From positions 1-37,697 of the forward strand of contig JALAGF010002401.1 in assembly GCA_030167865.1 (NCBI GenBank): DNA of 37,697 nucleotides, in the 5' to 3' direction. This document shows positions 9,901 to 22,476 of this stretch, piece after piece (within the stretch, counting starts at the first letter, position 1; each line of letters opens with the position of its first letter). The translations under genes and the position numbers were made by a program. Under the pieces are notes generated by a model. It saw only the letters and a list, made by a program, of their open reading frames with translations. It did no database searches and was not told the DNA's origin. The DNA is from Craspedostauros australis. Taxonomy: Eukaryota.

Positions 9901-12900
9901 ACGCAAACACCGCACCGCGTGTGATGATCGCCATCGTACAGTGCATTGCGAAGCACCGGGATGATCTCTGGCAGCACGGAATCACCGAGCTTGCTGACGA
10001 TGTCACCGAGGCATTTTCCTGCCATCTCGGTTCTCTCCGGATGGCCGCTTGCGAGTTCCGTCACGACCCTGGTCACAAGCTGAGGCAGGATCTGTCGAAG
10101 GATACGTGCCGTGACACTGACGATCGTCTTCCACACCTGGATGGCAGAATGGCGGACGCTCGAAATCGCGTCACTTCTTGCGAGGTACAGTCTGCTGAGG
10201 ACTCTGTTCCTGGTCGTAATGCCCAAGCTGAGCGTAATCTGGGCCTGCGCCTTCTCGGCCCTTCTCGCATCGTCCTGCGTGTCACCATCCGAGGTGATCA
10301 CAGTCGTGCCTCCGATCATACTGAGCAAATCACCAATCAACAGCAACGACGATAGCCTGATGCGATAGTCGTCGTCGCCCATGCCATTCTCCAGGATGGG
10401 GAGAATCTTGTTGACATGGACTCTGCCATGGCTCTTGATCAGAACGCGGCCAGCTCGCATGGCGACCTCGCGGACCTGCTCGTTATCATCGGAAAGACCA
10501 CCGATCAAGGCAGGGAGGGAGTCATCCAGTAGCACAGTGAAGCCTTGTCCCAGTGCCGGTGGCATGAAGGTGAGCACCCAGAGAACACCCTCGCGCGTGC
10601 TGGCCTGCGGATGGCTGCGCAATGTCAGGATGTCATCAAGCATCACACTTTCAACAGCCGTGTTGCCAGATGCGATGAGGGTTTCGGTGAGTCCCTGCGC
10701 CGCTCCGCTGCGCTCGGCGGAGCTCGCGTCTTCGGCTCGGAGCCTGTCCATCAGCCATGGTCGCAGATCAGGGATCGTCTCTTCTCCCAAACCACGGATC
10801 AGCGAGCCCAACGCCTTCGCAGAAATGCTCCGGACGTCTGGAATGGGGTCGAGAAGGATCGCCTTGAGGTCAGGCATGAGCATGGAGAGGTACGGGACGA
10901 AGTCTCGCGGATCGTTGATCATCGTACAGATGTTTCCGGCGATGAGAGCACCGTATCGCTTCGTGGTGGCACCACGATCCCGAAGCCCTCTGTGGATGAT
11001 GGGCACGATGAGCGCAAGACTTGGCGCATCGATCGCGTGCAAGAACTCCGTCTCGATCAACGCTTCCAACGCGGTTACCGTGCTCTCGGCTGGATCTGTC
11101 AAAGCCTTCAGCAAGATGCGGCTCACGGACGAGATCTCCGGGTTTTTGATGACCGTGCTGATCTCGTCGAGCGCCTCTTGTGCGCTGCTCTTGACCTTGG
11201 GATGTGTGTCGCCGAAGGCTTCCGTAAGCTTTGGCACGACCTTGGGTAGGGCGGAGGCAAGCTGCTTGGGTGCAAGATGACTCATGGAACCGAGCATGGC
11301 GATCGAGGCCTGTTTGGTCCTCCACGAGCTGTCATTGAATGCAGTGAGGACGCTCGGCATGACGATCTTGACTCCGTGCGCGGACAGCTTGCTCATGATG
11401 ATACCAGCTGTGTTGGACGCAGCCTTGCGGACGTGGTCGCTGGTATCGCTGAATGATCGCAACAGCGACGGCAGCAGGATCTTGACATAAGGCTCGAACA
11501 ACAATCCGAGCCGAAGGCATAGCAGCTCGATGGCAAACAAAGAGCCTTCCTTGGCGCTGGCTTCGCCATCGGAACATGCTTCCTCCAACTGGTCGACGAT
11601 TCCAAACTTCTTGAGCGTCGCGATACCGCTGCCTTGGACTGCGGCGGCCAAACCGTACGCGGCTCCACGTCGTGCCGGCGAGGAGTCGCCAGCAAGACAA
11701 GTCTCCAGCAATGTTTCCAACAGCTGCTCGATGCGTGCTTTGGTGTTGCCCTTCTTCATCAGCTTCGAGAGGCAGTTGGCGACGCTGGATTGCACATCTT
11801 CGTTTGGGGTCTTCAACGAATCCATCAACATGTCGATCGTTGTATCGATCTTCGATGCGTTGTCCGGGCCCTTCAAATGTAACGCAACAGATCCCAGCGC
11901 CACAACTGCTCCTTCTTTTCGGCTGTTGCATGCATCTGCATCCGATGGCACCTTGTTGGCCGCCAATGGCTCCAGAGTTGAATTGTCCGCTGCTCCTGTT
12001 TTCAGCACCTTGTCAAAAGTTGGGAGCAACACCTCGATGGCTTCATCGGATGAGCCAAATGAGGCCACGGTTGAACTGAGAGCATTGCGAGAAGACCCTT
12101 TGATGTCCTTCTCGCCATCGGCAATGCCGTAGGCAACGAGGAAGCTCGTCAGCAGCGTCAATGTGGGAATATCGATGGTGACCTTCATTGAAGTCAATTC
12201 CAGGATCGCCCGAAGGACACCTCGTCGTACGCTTATCTTCTCTGGGGTGTCCTTCTCCGCCATGGCCTGCGCCGTTGCTGGTTTGAACTGGCTGACAAGG
12301 TCGGTGGTATCCAGCGTTCGTTCCTTCTTTGGCTTGAGCAGGGCAGAGCTCACCGCCTTGTTCTTCTTCCCTGACTTCTTGGGCTGGCCGATACTGGCCA
12401 CCTGCAGGGCAGACTTTTTCACTGTTTTCTTCTTCAGCGAACTCGGAACGCCCATGGTCTTCTTCTTCTTTGGTGCCGCAGCAACTGGGGCCTTGGCTGC
12501 CTTGGAGGGAAGCAAGGCGGATGGGAATGGGTCCTTGGACGCCTTGCCGTCGGATGGGGCGGGGAAAGAGTCGATGTACGTGGTGCACACCTTTTGCAAG
12601 TTCCGTTGGACGGACGCAGGATGCGCCGCCATGCCGCTCGCGAAAGCTTTAGCAGCGGCCTTGGCCACGGAATCCTCTTGGTGATTCAGCAAGGCGAGGA
12701 GAGGGATGGCGTACAGCTGCGACGGTGGTGGCAGCAGACTGTCGGCGATATCCTCAGAGTCCTCGTCCACATTGTCTGCACCATGCACGAAGCACCATGT
12801 GTGTCGTGCTGCGAGTTTGACAGCAGTGTTGTCATCGTAGCAGTTGAGCCAGATGCGGCTCTCCACCAGCGGGTTGCTTTTGACCATCTTCAAGTTGGTC

Positions 12901-15900
12901 GCCGCAATCGATCGCAGCACCTTCATGGATGCCAGTCGGCAGTTTCGTGGACCGAGCGCACCGCGCTCGTCAAGAAGCGGGGCAACTTCGGCGGTGGACA
13001 ATTTCGTGGCTGCTTCATCATCGACTTCCTCCGGCACACCGTAGCACTGCACGAGGGTGTCGATCGGAGTTGGATCCACGAAGGTCTGCGCACGATCATG
13101 GCGCAGCAGCTCGAGGACGGTGACTGCCATCTCCCTTCGCAATGCGAGAATAAGCGGGCTCAGAATGTCGCTGGTCATGTACACAGTGTGCCGTTCCAGC
13201 ACTCGCAATGCGCCTTCGCACCCAGGTGTCGTCCGCGGTCCCATCAACGCGGCTCGCACCACGGGGAACAGGAACGCGAATGATGAAGCGGATAGTTCTT
13301 CCATGAATTCGTCCATCTCAAAGATGGTGGTCGCAGCGGCCTCGCAGGGAGACGGCAATGCCTTGGCCAAGATGTCGGAGGAGCTGTAGTAGTCTGTCGT
13401 TGACTCTTGATTCCCTGCCTCGACATTGCAGCTGGCAACAAGCGCCGCTGCTAGCATCGGCGCGTACTCTTCTTGGATTTCGTACACGCAGGATGCCAGG
13501 ACGGTGAGTGTGTCGAGGCATTGGTGACGAATGGCTGGGATTGTGCTGCAAGCAGCGCATGTAGACGTGGCCAACTTCAGAATTCCAGGCCCGACGACGG
13601 AAATGCAGCTGTTGCCCACTTCGATGTCGCAGAGCGCCAGCTGCTCGATTGCGAAGACGGCGCGCTTGAGTTCCGTGTTGATTAGGATGGACAGCCGATC
13701 GCGTTCTGCGTCTTGCTCCGTGATGAGCTTCTTCTGCTCTTTGGTCAGTTCCTTCGGCTTGTCGTTGGCCCCGCCCTTCTTCTTGGACGCGATCTCCTTT
13801 CTCATCTGCATCTCCCATGCCTCATCCTCCGTCATTCTGCTCTTGCCACCACGCGACTTGTCTGAGTTGGATCCGTCCTTGCTCTTGTTGTCTTCGTCAC
13901 CCTTCTCATACAGGGTGCCCTTCGGACTTCGGAAGACGCCGGCATTCTCCTCCGTCATGGATTCGACGGATGTGAGCAACTTCTTCAGGTTCTGACCGTA
14001 CCGTTTTGGCAATTCGTTGACGCAATGATTGACGCAGTTCTTGACTTCTTCGGTGCTTTTCTTGTTCGTATCAGCACCCTTGTCGTTTCCATCGTCGTCG
14101 GCATTATCGTCGTCGTCATCTTCGAGCAAGAAGTTGCTGCTGATGATACCCAAGCTTTTCGTGAGATTCACGGCGCTTGTGTGGATCATGTCACTTGTCG
14201 GACCGCCACCGCACAGTTGGGACTGTGCCGACATGGCGCATTCCATGATGGTGTCCACAAGCACAGTCCCAACGACATCGACAGCATCGCCCGATTTCTG
14301 TTGCAAGTACTCGGTCAGAGCCTCCTTGGTGTGACGGATGAGCGCTTCACGTTGCTTCGTGTTACCCTTTAACGAGGATCCGGCATGCATCAGAATAAGC
14401 GACATGGCAAGCGCTTCATCCGATTGGCACTTGCTCATCATCTTCTTGGCGGCTCTGCGCACCGCATTCACATCCATTCCCCCGTGCGCGCCCGCGATGC
14501 CTTGACCCTTCACGGCGAGCCGTTCCCTGTCGTTCTCTCTCGCCTGGCGTGTTGCATTCTGATCGTCGGCCAGGATGCGGTGATCAACAGACAGTTGGTT
14601 GACGCAGACGAAGAGTGCCTGGATGAGCTTGTCGCCGGTCGGTCTGTAATCCAGGAAGGGCTTCAACGCCGATTCCACCGTGGCATTAGCATCGCAGCTG
14701 TCGCCGCCGACGGGATGCGCGATGCAGGAGGCCATGGCCTTGACGATGGCCGACTTGGCGGTCTCCTTTTCGTTCTTGATCTTTGCATCGGCCTTGGCAG
14801 AGTACGTCGTGCAGAGCGAGATCACGCGCGGCATGGTTTGCGCCACCAACGTGTTGGATGCGGTGGCAGATGTCATGGCAGTCGAGAAAAGGAACGTGGT
14901 CTTCTCCTGCGACGAACAGCGATTGGTGATTGCCTTTTCGAGTTGCGCGTTCAGAGACTTCGGGTTGGTGGCGACGGTCTGCACGAGGAGCATGTAGGTT
15001 GCCATGAGGCCTTCGACCTGCGGCAGGCTGGATGATGCCTGCTTCTTGATGGCCGTTTCGATGAATGTTTGCAAGCCCAGCGCGAACTTTTTGTCCTTGA
15101 AGAGGTCCTCGATTATCGATTCTGTGGTGTCGCGATTCAGCGCCGTCATCATGGCGGCAAAGATCTCCAAGCTGTCCGCTCCATTCTTGGCCATGAAGGG
15201 TTTTCGAACGTAGGCGAGGCAGTCGATGTAACCCTGGCTGTCGGAAGAGCATCGTTTGCACATGACCATCCATCGGACGAGCGCCTCGATGCCGACTGTC
15301 TTGGTGTGCTTCGACGCCTTCGTTTCCTTCGAGAGAGTTTTGCTAATCATGGTTGCGCCTGCCGAGATCGCCTTCTTGCTGAAGCTGGGTTGGTGGTCGA
15401 CCGCCTTCGCGATGCCGTTGCACACAATGTAGAGGCTGAGACGCTGCTGCGCGGATGCGAGACCTTTGACCTCGACCAGACCGTTCACGATGACGTCCAG
15501 CGCAGCCGATGTAGTTTTGGAATCCCCGGCGGACACAGCCAACATGGACATATGGTTGAGACATTCGCACGCCATCGATCTCAAAACATCCTTGGGGCTC
15601 TTGATGAATTTCAGCATGGTCTCTGTGAGGTCGGGAAACAGCTTCGAGGAGGCGAGTGCAGTGGCTGGAATGTGCTTGATCAATTCCTCAACGGTCGCAA
15701 TGACGCTCTCCGGTTTGGCCTTGACCTTTTTGAGAACCGCCGGTCCCACGACGTCATCCCACGCAGATTGATCCATTGACTGGAAGGACTGCGAACAGAT
15801 CTGGATGTCCTCCACCGATGCCAACTCGTCTCCGAATGCAAACTTGACAAAGGTATTCCAATCAGGCGCATCTGCCAGTGACATTGCTGCAAACGATCCA

Positions 15901-16684
15901 TTCGTTTGAAACGTGCTGAAGACTCCCGCCGTCTTATCGGATGGTAGCTTACTCTGACACGTTTGGAGAAGTCGTGGGCTGTGCGATGCTGCCAGGCAGT
16001 TGCAAAGCAGGGCGCATAGACCTTCGATGACGCCACTGTCTTCCTCGGCCTTGATTGCGCCGCAGCAAAGGAATGCAATTCGTTGACAGCCATTCGGTAC
16101 TGACGGTTTCAGATCTGATCGATGAATGAATGAATGAATGAATGAATGAAAGATGGATAGAGAAATAGATGGCCGTAAGGATGGAGAAGAAGGCCATGCC
16201 AATGGAATGTCGTCAGATGAAGTTGAAGGTGACAAGCCATGGGCAGAATGGGGTTTGATCAAGAAGATAGTCCAGCCACTCGGGCTTTCCATCGCCGCTT
16301 TGACCATGCGGATGTGGTTGGACCGAACAACAGCAACATCCCATGACATTGCAGACTCGCACATGGGGTGGCATGATCATGCATGATGCAGTACTCCTAC
16401 GTAGTGTCAGGCATGGAGGGCACGCGCATAAGCATGGCGCCGTGCTTCAATCCAAGTACTCTAGCAAGAAAGCGACGACGGAAAGAACGGGATGGGCACT
16501 TACCTTGCTGTGCAGCCAACCATTTGCGATGCTCCTGCGCATCATCTCCATTCTCAGATGTCACCAATTCGAGGATCTTTGCGCTCAATGCTTTGCGTAA
16601 CTTGCTGGGCAGACAGTCGGTACGAACGGAAGCGACGCGAAGGATGAGCTCATGCGGCGCCAAGTCCTCCCATGACGAAGGCAT
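6940..16684 (-). CDS. GCN1: GCN1 / ILITYHIA HEAT-repeat activator of the eIF2-alpha kinase GCN2 (~2840 aa, multi-exon)
   Basis: Signature segments RRGAAYGLAA, LGLLFEPYV, LSAHGVK, WRTKQASI..LGSM, APKQL..ALP, DPIPDVR, KMTGPLLRI. Exons by GT-AG and phase: 16684-16504, 16114-9284, 8705-8442, 8189-6940 (total 8526 nt, in frame). A further 66-nt intron at 15952-15887 is possible. Confidence 0.93.
8190..8441 (-). other. GCN1 intron (252 nt, in frame, stop-free)
   Basis: AAG G|GTAAGT ... ATGCAG|GT CTC GAG; removing it joins PGFNMPKG-LEPLLPIY. Confidence 0.9.
8706..9283 (-). other. GCN1 intron (578 nt) with simple repeats
   Basis: GCA C|GTAAGT ... CACAG|GC AAA; the join gives IIARKDKKDFY. Contains (CATC)n/(CATT)n and (GTGTT)n tracts on the plus strand. 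Confidence 0.88.
16115..16503 (-). other. GCN1 first intron (389 nt), with a (TTCA)n tract before the acceptor
   Basis: CAA G|GTAAGT ... (ttca)n tcgatCAG|AT CTG; phase 1 at both ends. Confidence 0.8.
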
Positions 16685-17487
16685 CTTCAGGCTGACAATG
16701 ACAATGACAATGACCGTGGCTGTAGCTGTGGGTGTGACGGCACTGTTGCTTCTCCTTCTCCTTGAGCGCCTCCCTTCCTTCGGTTGCTTACTCGACGGCT
16801 CCTTTTGTGTTCGCCTGTCTCTTTGGGATCCACGGAGGGAGCTTTTGTGGTTGGCAACAGCCACAGTAACAACATCAACAACAACAACAGTCACGCAGGA
16901 TGGTTGGAGACTTCAGCTTCTCACCGCGTGTTGTCATCGTGTCGAGACCAAACCAAATTTTGCGGTGGTCAAACCTGCCAAAATCTTTTCGTCTGTCCAT
17001 CACCAGAACTCTCCTCATTCCACTCGTGCATGTCTGCAAGAGTCTACACATTCAATATAGTATGTAGAATGCTCTCCATAGAGTCGATGTGACAACAGAG
17101 TCGATCATACGAGTTGCATAGCTCGTATTATACACAGTGACAACAACACAAGATTGATCTGACCCTGCTCTATTCTCATCGTGCGTACGAGTACTCTCCC
17201 AATGCGCAGGATCCTACTCGATGAATGGTGCAAACGAAGCACCCATACACTCTTGCCACCCATTTCGCAGAGAAAAGCCAAGCATCCAGCTCATCCTTTC
17301 TTTGAACATTGGCAGTATTTAACAGGAGCAGACGTGAGAAAAGTATTGCTACCAGTTTGACACGGCGTTATCACGCCGCTATTGCTCCATACTGTGTTAT
17401 AATACTCTCTTTTCTCTCTCTCGCTAAAATACGAGTATGCTCGGCTGCTACGGCTAATACGACTATCCAGAGAGCATACAAGCAAGT

Positions 17488-18738
17488 TTACTTCAGCTCG
17501 AATGAAACCCCGCTGAGCTCCTCGCTCTTGGCCCACAGCTGCTTGGCAGCGGTTTCATCTTTGGCGAACTTCTGAATCTTCTGTGGTTTCAGATCGGTAT
17601 AGAAGGCCGCCTTGGTGGCGCTGCCGGGCTCGGCGGCCAGGAACACTTGCGTCGAGGCGCCATCCTCCACCGTCTTGACAAAGCGGTTCAGTATGTTGAG
17701 GAAAGCCATCTGCAGCGGTGGAACTTCGCCGCCGTTCTTCAGCTCGTTCCACTTCTCTTCTCCGACGAGGTTGCGTCCCAGATCTGTGCCGACGGCGCCT
17801 GGGTGCAAGACGACGGTCTTGAGCCAGGTGTTACCCGAGGCGTCGGCACGGCGCTGCAGTTCCTGCGTGAATAGGATGTTAGAGAGCTTGGACTGGCCGT
17901 ACGATGACCATGGTCCGTACTTGGTCTCGCCGTTGAGGTTGTCCAATTCGAGGCCCGGCTTGGCGATCTGGTAGGCCTCCGACGAGACGTTGATGACGGT
18001 CGCGTCGTCGCGCGAGAGGAGGTCGAAGAGTTCGGCCGTCAGCACGAAGTGTCCGAGATGGTTGCTCTGGAAGGTGCGCTCGTATCCGTCCTTGGTGAGC
18101 TGACGATCGGGGATGGCCATGACGCCGGCGTTGTTCATGAGGACGTCGATCTGCTTGAGGTTGGTGGCGGAGGTGAATCGTTGTGGGAATTCCTTGACGT
18201 TGGCGAGATCGTCCAAATCCAACGTGACGCTGTAGATCGGCGGCCTGGCGTCGCTGGCCATGCCGGATTGCGTGAGGTATTGATTGACGGCCGCGACCGC
18301 GACGTCCCCCTTGGCGGGCGTTCGGGATGTGATGACGACCGTCGCTCCGGCAGCTGCCAAACGCTTGGCCGATTCCAACCCCAAGCCGGCAGTACCTCCG
18401 GTGATGACGATGGTTTTGCCTCTCAAGGATTCGGGCGCCGGTGTGTAGTACTTGGACGACGACGCAGCAGCCTCGGCCGCCTGAGCGACATCCACGAACG
18501 GGGCAACCGCAGCGAAGGCCGCTGCTCCCACGAGGAATCCTTTTCTCGAAACGCCGACAGGCTGCGCAGCGCTGTCTGGTGTCGTTACCGCATCGGCGAT
18601 CACAGCCTTCTGCTGCGACGCCTTCGGAGATGCCGATGGACGTCCATGCGGACCATTTGGCGTCGACCATCCCTGGACTGGGATCATGGTGGACGTGCCG
18701 ACCAGAAGGCAGGCGAGAGCGACTTTGCGAAACAGCAT
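17488..18738 (-). CDS. Short-chain dehydrogenase/reductase (retinol dehydrogenase/Tic32-like), predicted plastid-targeted (416 aa)
   Basis: TGGTAGLG, NNAG, NHLGHF, VSS and YGQSK motifs. The N-terminus MLFRKVALACLLVGTSTMIPVQG|W looks like a signal peptide followed by a transit-like region. Confidence 0.9.
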   Translation of the reverse strand: MLFRKVALACLLVGTSTMIPVQGWSTPNGPHGRPSASPKASQQKAVIADAVTTPDSAAQPVGVSRKGFLVGAAAFAAVAPFVDVAQAAEAAASSSKYYTPAPESLRGKTIVITGGTAGLGLESAKRLAAAGATVVITSRTPAKGDVAVAAVNQYLTQSGMASDARPPIYSVTLDLDDLANVKEFPQRFTSATNLKQIDVLMNNAGVMAIPDRQLTKDGYERTFQSNHLGHFVLTAELFDLLSRDDATVINVSSEAYQIAKPGLELDNLNGETKYGPWSSYGQSKLSNILFTQELQRRADASGNTWLKTVVLHPGAVGTDLGRNLVGEEKWNELKNGGEVPPLQMAFLNILNRFVKTVEDGASTQVFLAAEPGSATKAAFYTDLKPQKIQKFAKDETAAKQLWAKSEELSGVSFELK

Positions 18739-20056
18739 GATGGACAGAGCGTCGTTGTTTTTATTGTGGGTACAACCTTTGTGTTGGAGGATGTTATTGT
18801 GATGAATGAGGTGTTGCCGCATGTGGTCTCTGGAGAGAGCAGTGAGAGCAGAGTGCCGCGTGCTCAGGGACGATCCGAATGATTGAGTCTCATCTTTGAC
18901 GTTGCGGTTGGCGTTGGCGGTGTTGGTCTGCCGATGATGATGTGTTGGATCTTCTTTTTGGCAAGGAATCCTTCGTGTTTGCGTCGTTCGTGGTGACTGC
19001 GTCACTGTGCGCCGTCATCGTTCTCATCTCTCTTCTGCCACAAAATCGTGTCGTCCTCAGATCCACGATTAGAAAATACAATGAGATTGCATCGGTCGAG
19101 TGAATCGAATCGTGAAGTGCTCAACCTCACGCATTGTCACTCACTGATTGATCCTTGGTGATCAGTCAAGGAGTTTTGTGTCTGAGTTGTGTCTCCTCTA
19201 TGTCTGTGTTGGAGCGTCTGCATAAATAAGCGACATCAGTGGCTTCTCTTTCGCCAGAAGTTCTGTTGGATGGGGAGGAAGTTTGCAGAAAGTTCATTTG
19301 TGGACGAAGGGGGCGCTCAGCCAACACGAGACGCAACAGGTGTGGAAAGCATGTTGGGCGCAACTTTTTTGTGCATTGTGCCCGTGTCATCGAGGCCATG
19401 GAGGGCAGAAAAGACGCGGTTCATGGACAACGCGAGAAAGAGGGAATGGCAAGGAAGAGGAGGGGAGGAGCAACAACAAGTGTGCTTCTCCACACGAGCC
19501 AACAGTGCACTCGTAACCAAAGAGAGCAACACATCCACCGCAGCAACCTCCGAAGAAAGGACGGCTTTGTCATACCACACACTTCACCTCTCTCGTTGTT
19601 GCGCCCTTCACCTCCCTCCCACGTGGACGCAGACAGACGAAACAACCACCTCGTAGATCCTATCTCTGCTGGTGCCATACCACCCATACCACCCATAGCA
19701 CAAAGGAGTGCAAACAACCACCCAAGACGCAAGAACCGCAACCCTTGCCACCTCCGTCCGCATCCACAAGAGCAGAGCGATTCCAAAAGGAAGCGCCGTA
19801 CCATAAACTGTCGCTGTCACCGCACTTGGTGATCCTCCGCTTTGCGACTTCCTCCGACTCCGCAAAGTTCCCGCAGCACATCACATCACTTCGATACTTG
19901 CGCGCAATCAGGCAGCCGCTCCTTCGCTTTTCCGTCTGACAAGCCAAGCCAAACGCAACCCTGTGGCATATATCACATCACATCATAGGCAGTGGACAAC
20001 GCCACAGCCAGCAGACAATACTCGACAGACAATAATCAATCGACAACAGAACAACC

Positions 20057-21688
20057 ATGTCAAACATGGAACAACCCACCATGGACAACGAGGCGGCCAT
20101 CGCCGCAGTTACCAGGTTGCATCAGCCGTCCGCTGATCCGCTGCAGGAGGAGGCACACCGCATGAGGCAGCACTGGGAGGAATGCTCGAGGGATCCGTAC
20201 AAGGCGGCTCCGCAATCGAAGTACGACAGGTACGCTCTGCGGGTGGACCACGAGGCGGGAGACAGAGCGACGGAAATCAAGCTCTTCTCCACCCAGCGAC
20301 CGCACATGCGCGCCTTGCACTGCGCCTGGGTCGCCTTCTTCCTTGCGTTCACCATCTGGTTCGCGCCCGCGCCGCTGCTCAAGGAGATTCAGGACACGCT
20401 GGGCCTCAGCAAGGCTGAATTGTGGACGTCCTCCATCACCAACGACTGCACGGCCATCTTCATGCGTGTCATCATGGGGCCCATCTGCGACAACTACGGA
20501 GCCCGCATCCCCATGGCCATGGTCCTTGTCATCGCCTCCATCCCAACGGCCATGGTCGGTCTCATCGAGACGGCAGGTGGCCTCGCGCTGGTGCGATTCT
20601 TCATCGGAATCGCCGGTTCGTCCTTCGTCATGTCGCAGTTCTGGCCGTCGCGGATGTTCAGTGCCGAGATCGCAGGAACTGCCAACGGACTGGTGGGTGG
20701 ATGGGGCAACCTCGGAGGCGCCTGCACGCAGCTCCTCATGGGCACCATCCTCTTCCCCGCCTTCAGAGACTACTTCGATGGCGATTCCGAGCGCTCCTGG
20801 AGGACCATCTGCATCATCCCCGCATCCATCACCTTCGCCTTCGGCCTCGTGCTGCCATTCATCTCCGACGACGCGCCGCTCGGCAACTACAGCGAGATGA
20901 AGAAGAACGGATCCATGGACCGCATCTTCTTCACCACCTCCCTGCGCTCTGGAGCCACGGCCAACACCTGGATTCTATTCATCCAGTACGCCTGCTCCTT
21001 CGGGGTGGAGCTCGTCATGAACAACGCCGCGGTGCTTTACTACAACTCGGAATTCGATCTGTCCACCGACGACGCTGCCACCCTGGGTTTCATCTACGGT
21101 TCCATGAACATCTTCGCGCGTGTCACCGGCGGCTACATCAGCGACAACCTCAACATCAAGATGGGAATGAGGGGCCGTCTGTGGCTCCAGACGATCCTCA
21201 TCGTCCTGGAGGGGATCACGATCATCATTTTCTCCTTCACAACCACGCTGGCCTCCGCCGTCGTCGTCATGTGCATCTTCTCCATCTTCACGCAGGCAGC
21301 CGAAGGTGCTATCTACGGTGTCGTGCCGTACGTCAGCAAACTATACACGGGCTCCGTTGCCGGATTCGTCGGATCCGGTGGCAACGTGGGCAGCGTGGTC
21401 TTCGCTCTTGGATTCCGATCGTTGGACTACGACGACGCCTTCCGTTTGATGGGCGGTCTCGTCCTCCTCTCTTCCACGCTCAGTTTCTTCATCAAGATCC
21501 CATGCCACGCCGGTCTCATCTCCGGCGAGGATAACCACGCCGTCATCCAGGCTCGCGAACGCTACATCGAACGAATGGCGATGGAGAGAGCGGAGCGACG
21601 GGAAGATCAGGTCGCGGTCATCACGGTAAATACCGAAGCCAATGGAATCGACGACGACAGCGCCGAGGCTGGTGGTGCGAAGCCCTGA
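20057..21688 (+). CDS. NRT2: High-affinity nitrate transporter, NNP/NRT2 family (MFS), 543 aa
   Basis: RPHMRA.H.AW, nitrate signature GTANGLVGGWGNLGG, YACSFGVEL, FARxxGG.ISD, YGVVPYV...G.VGSGGNVG; multiple hydrophobic helices. Confidence 0.96.
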   Translation: MSNMEQPTMDNEAAIAAVTRLHQPSADPLQEEAHRMRQHWEECSRDPYKAAPQSKYDRYALRVDHEAGDRATEIKLFSTQRPHMRALHCAWVAFFLAFTIWFAPAPLLKEIQDTLGLSKAELWTSSITNDCTAIFMRVIMGPICDNYGARIPMAMVLVIASIPTAMVGLIETAGGLALVRFFIGIAGSSFVMSQFWPSRMFSAEIAGTANGLVGGWGNLGGACTQLLMGTILFPAFRDYFDGDSERSWRTICIIPASITFAFGLVLPFISDDAPLGNYSEMKKNGSMDRIFFTTSLRSGATANTWILFIQYACSFGVELVMNNAAVLYYNSEFDLSTDDAATLGFIYGSMNIFARVTGGYISDNLNIKMGMRGRLWLQTILIVLEGITIIIFSFTTTLASAVVVMCIFSIFTQAAEGAIYGVVPYVSKLYTGSVAGFVGSGGNVGSVVFALGFRSLDYDDAFRLMGGLVLLSSTLSFFIKIPCHAGLISGEDNHAVIQARERYIERMAMERAERREDQVAVITVNTEANGIDDDSAEAGGAKP

Positions 21689-22476
21689 AGGCGAACAGGA
21701 AAGTAGAAAGACCTCTGCTTCCTTGTATTTCGGGAAGTGGAACCAAAGAACGAATGGAAGGAACAAGCGAAGAAATAAATGATTGTGGTTGCAATGCATT
21801 TGGATACAATACATTCTGCTCTTGCCAATTGCGACCTCCAGCAAAGTGACAAACAGTCTTGTACAATAAAATAATACGGCTCCAACAATACGAGCGCTCA
21901 TGTTGAATAGACTTGTTCAGCAACGCGCGATTTGCACATGCGTCAGATGCTTCCTGTTGTGTGCAAATGTGGTTGCCTAAAGCGAGACTCTGCAAAAGTG
22001 CTGCGGCGCTCTGCTGTCATCGTATAATAGGTATGTGCGAGCATGGTCTGGCAGTTACAATGAAGAGCTTCTCGTGTACTAAATGTCGTGCGGAGTCAAG
22101 CTCTGCCATGATCGTTTGCATTTGCCCAGCGGAACTTATTCAAACATGGGGCCTTCCGCCATTGACGGCGCTGCTATCCGCAGCCGCTCATGAGCGTGGT
22201 GGTATCAGCTATGTTCGCAAGACTAACTTGCAACTATTACTAATAGACAAAGACATACGCGTAGTTACATGACGGACTCCATGACTTGGTTCGATACGTA
22301 TCTCCACCATGACCTGATTCTTCCGCTCCGCCTTGCTTTCGTTGCTGCGTTCATTCCCGCCGTTCCCATTTCTTCACTTCTTTACTGATCCACTCACTGG
22401 CTTATTCACCGACTCATTCACTATCGGGCATGGTATTCATGTATATCTGCATGCATAACTTCACCCACTTGCCATT

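Noticed and set aside
6953-15779. Many long plus-strand ORFs antisense to GCN1 (similar ones over NRT2, HAS1, CRTISO-like and the hydrolase)
   Set aside because: Expected shadow ORFs of GC3-rich coding sequence; no independent motifs.
19189-19947. ORFs in the divergent SDR-NRT2 intergenic region
   Set aside because: Low-complexity, mutually overlapping and without domains; more likely promoter or UTR.
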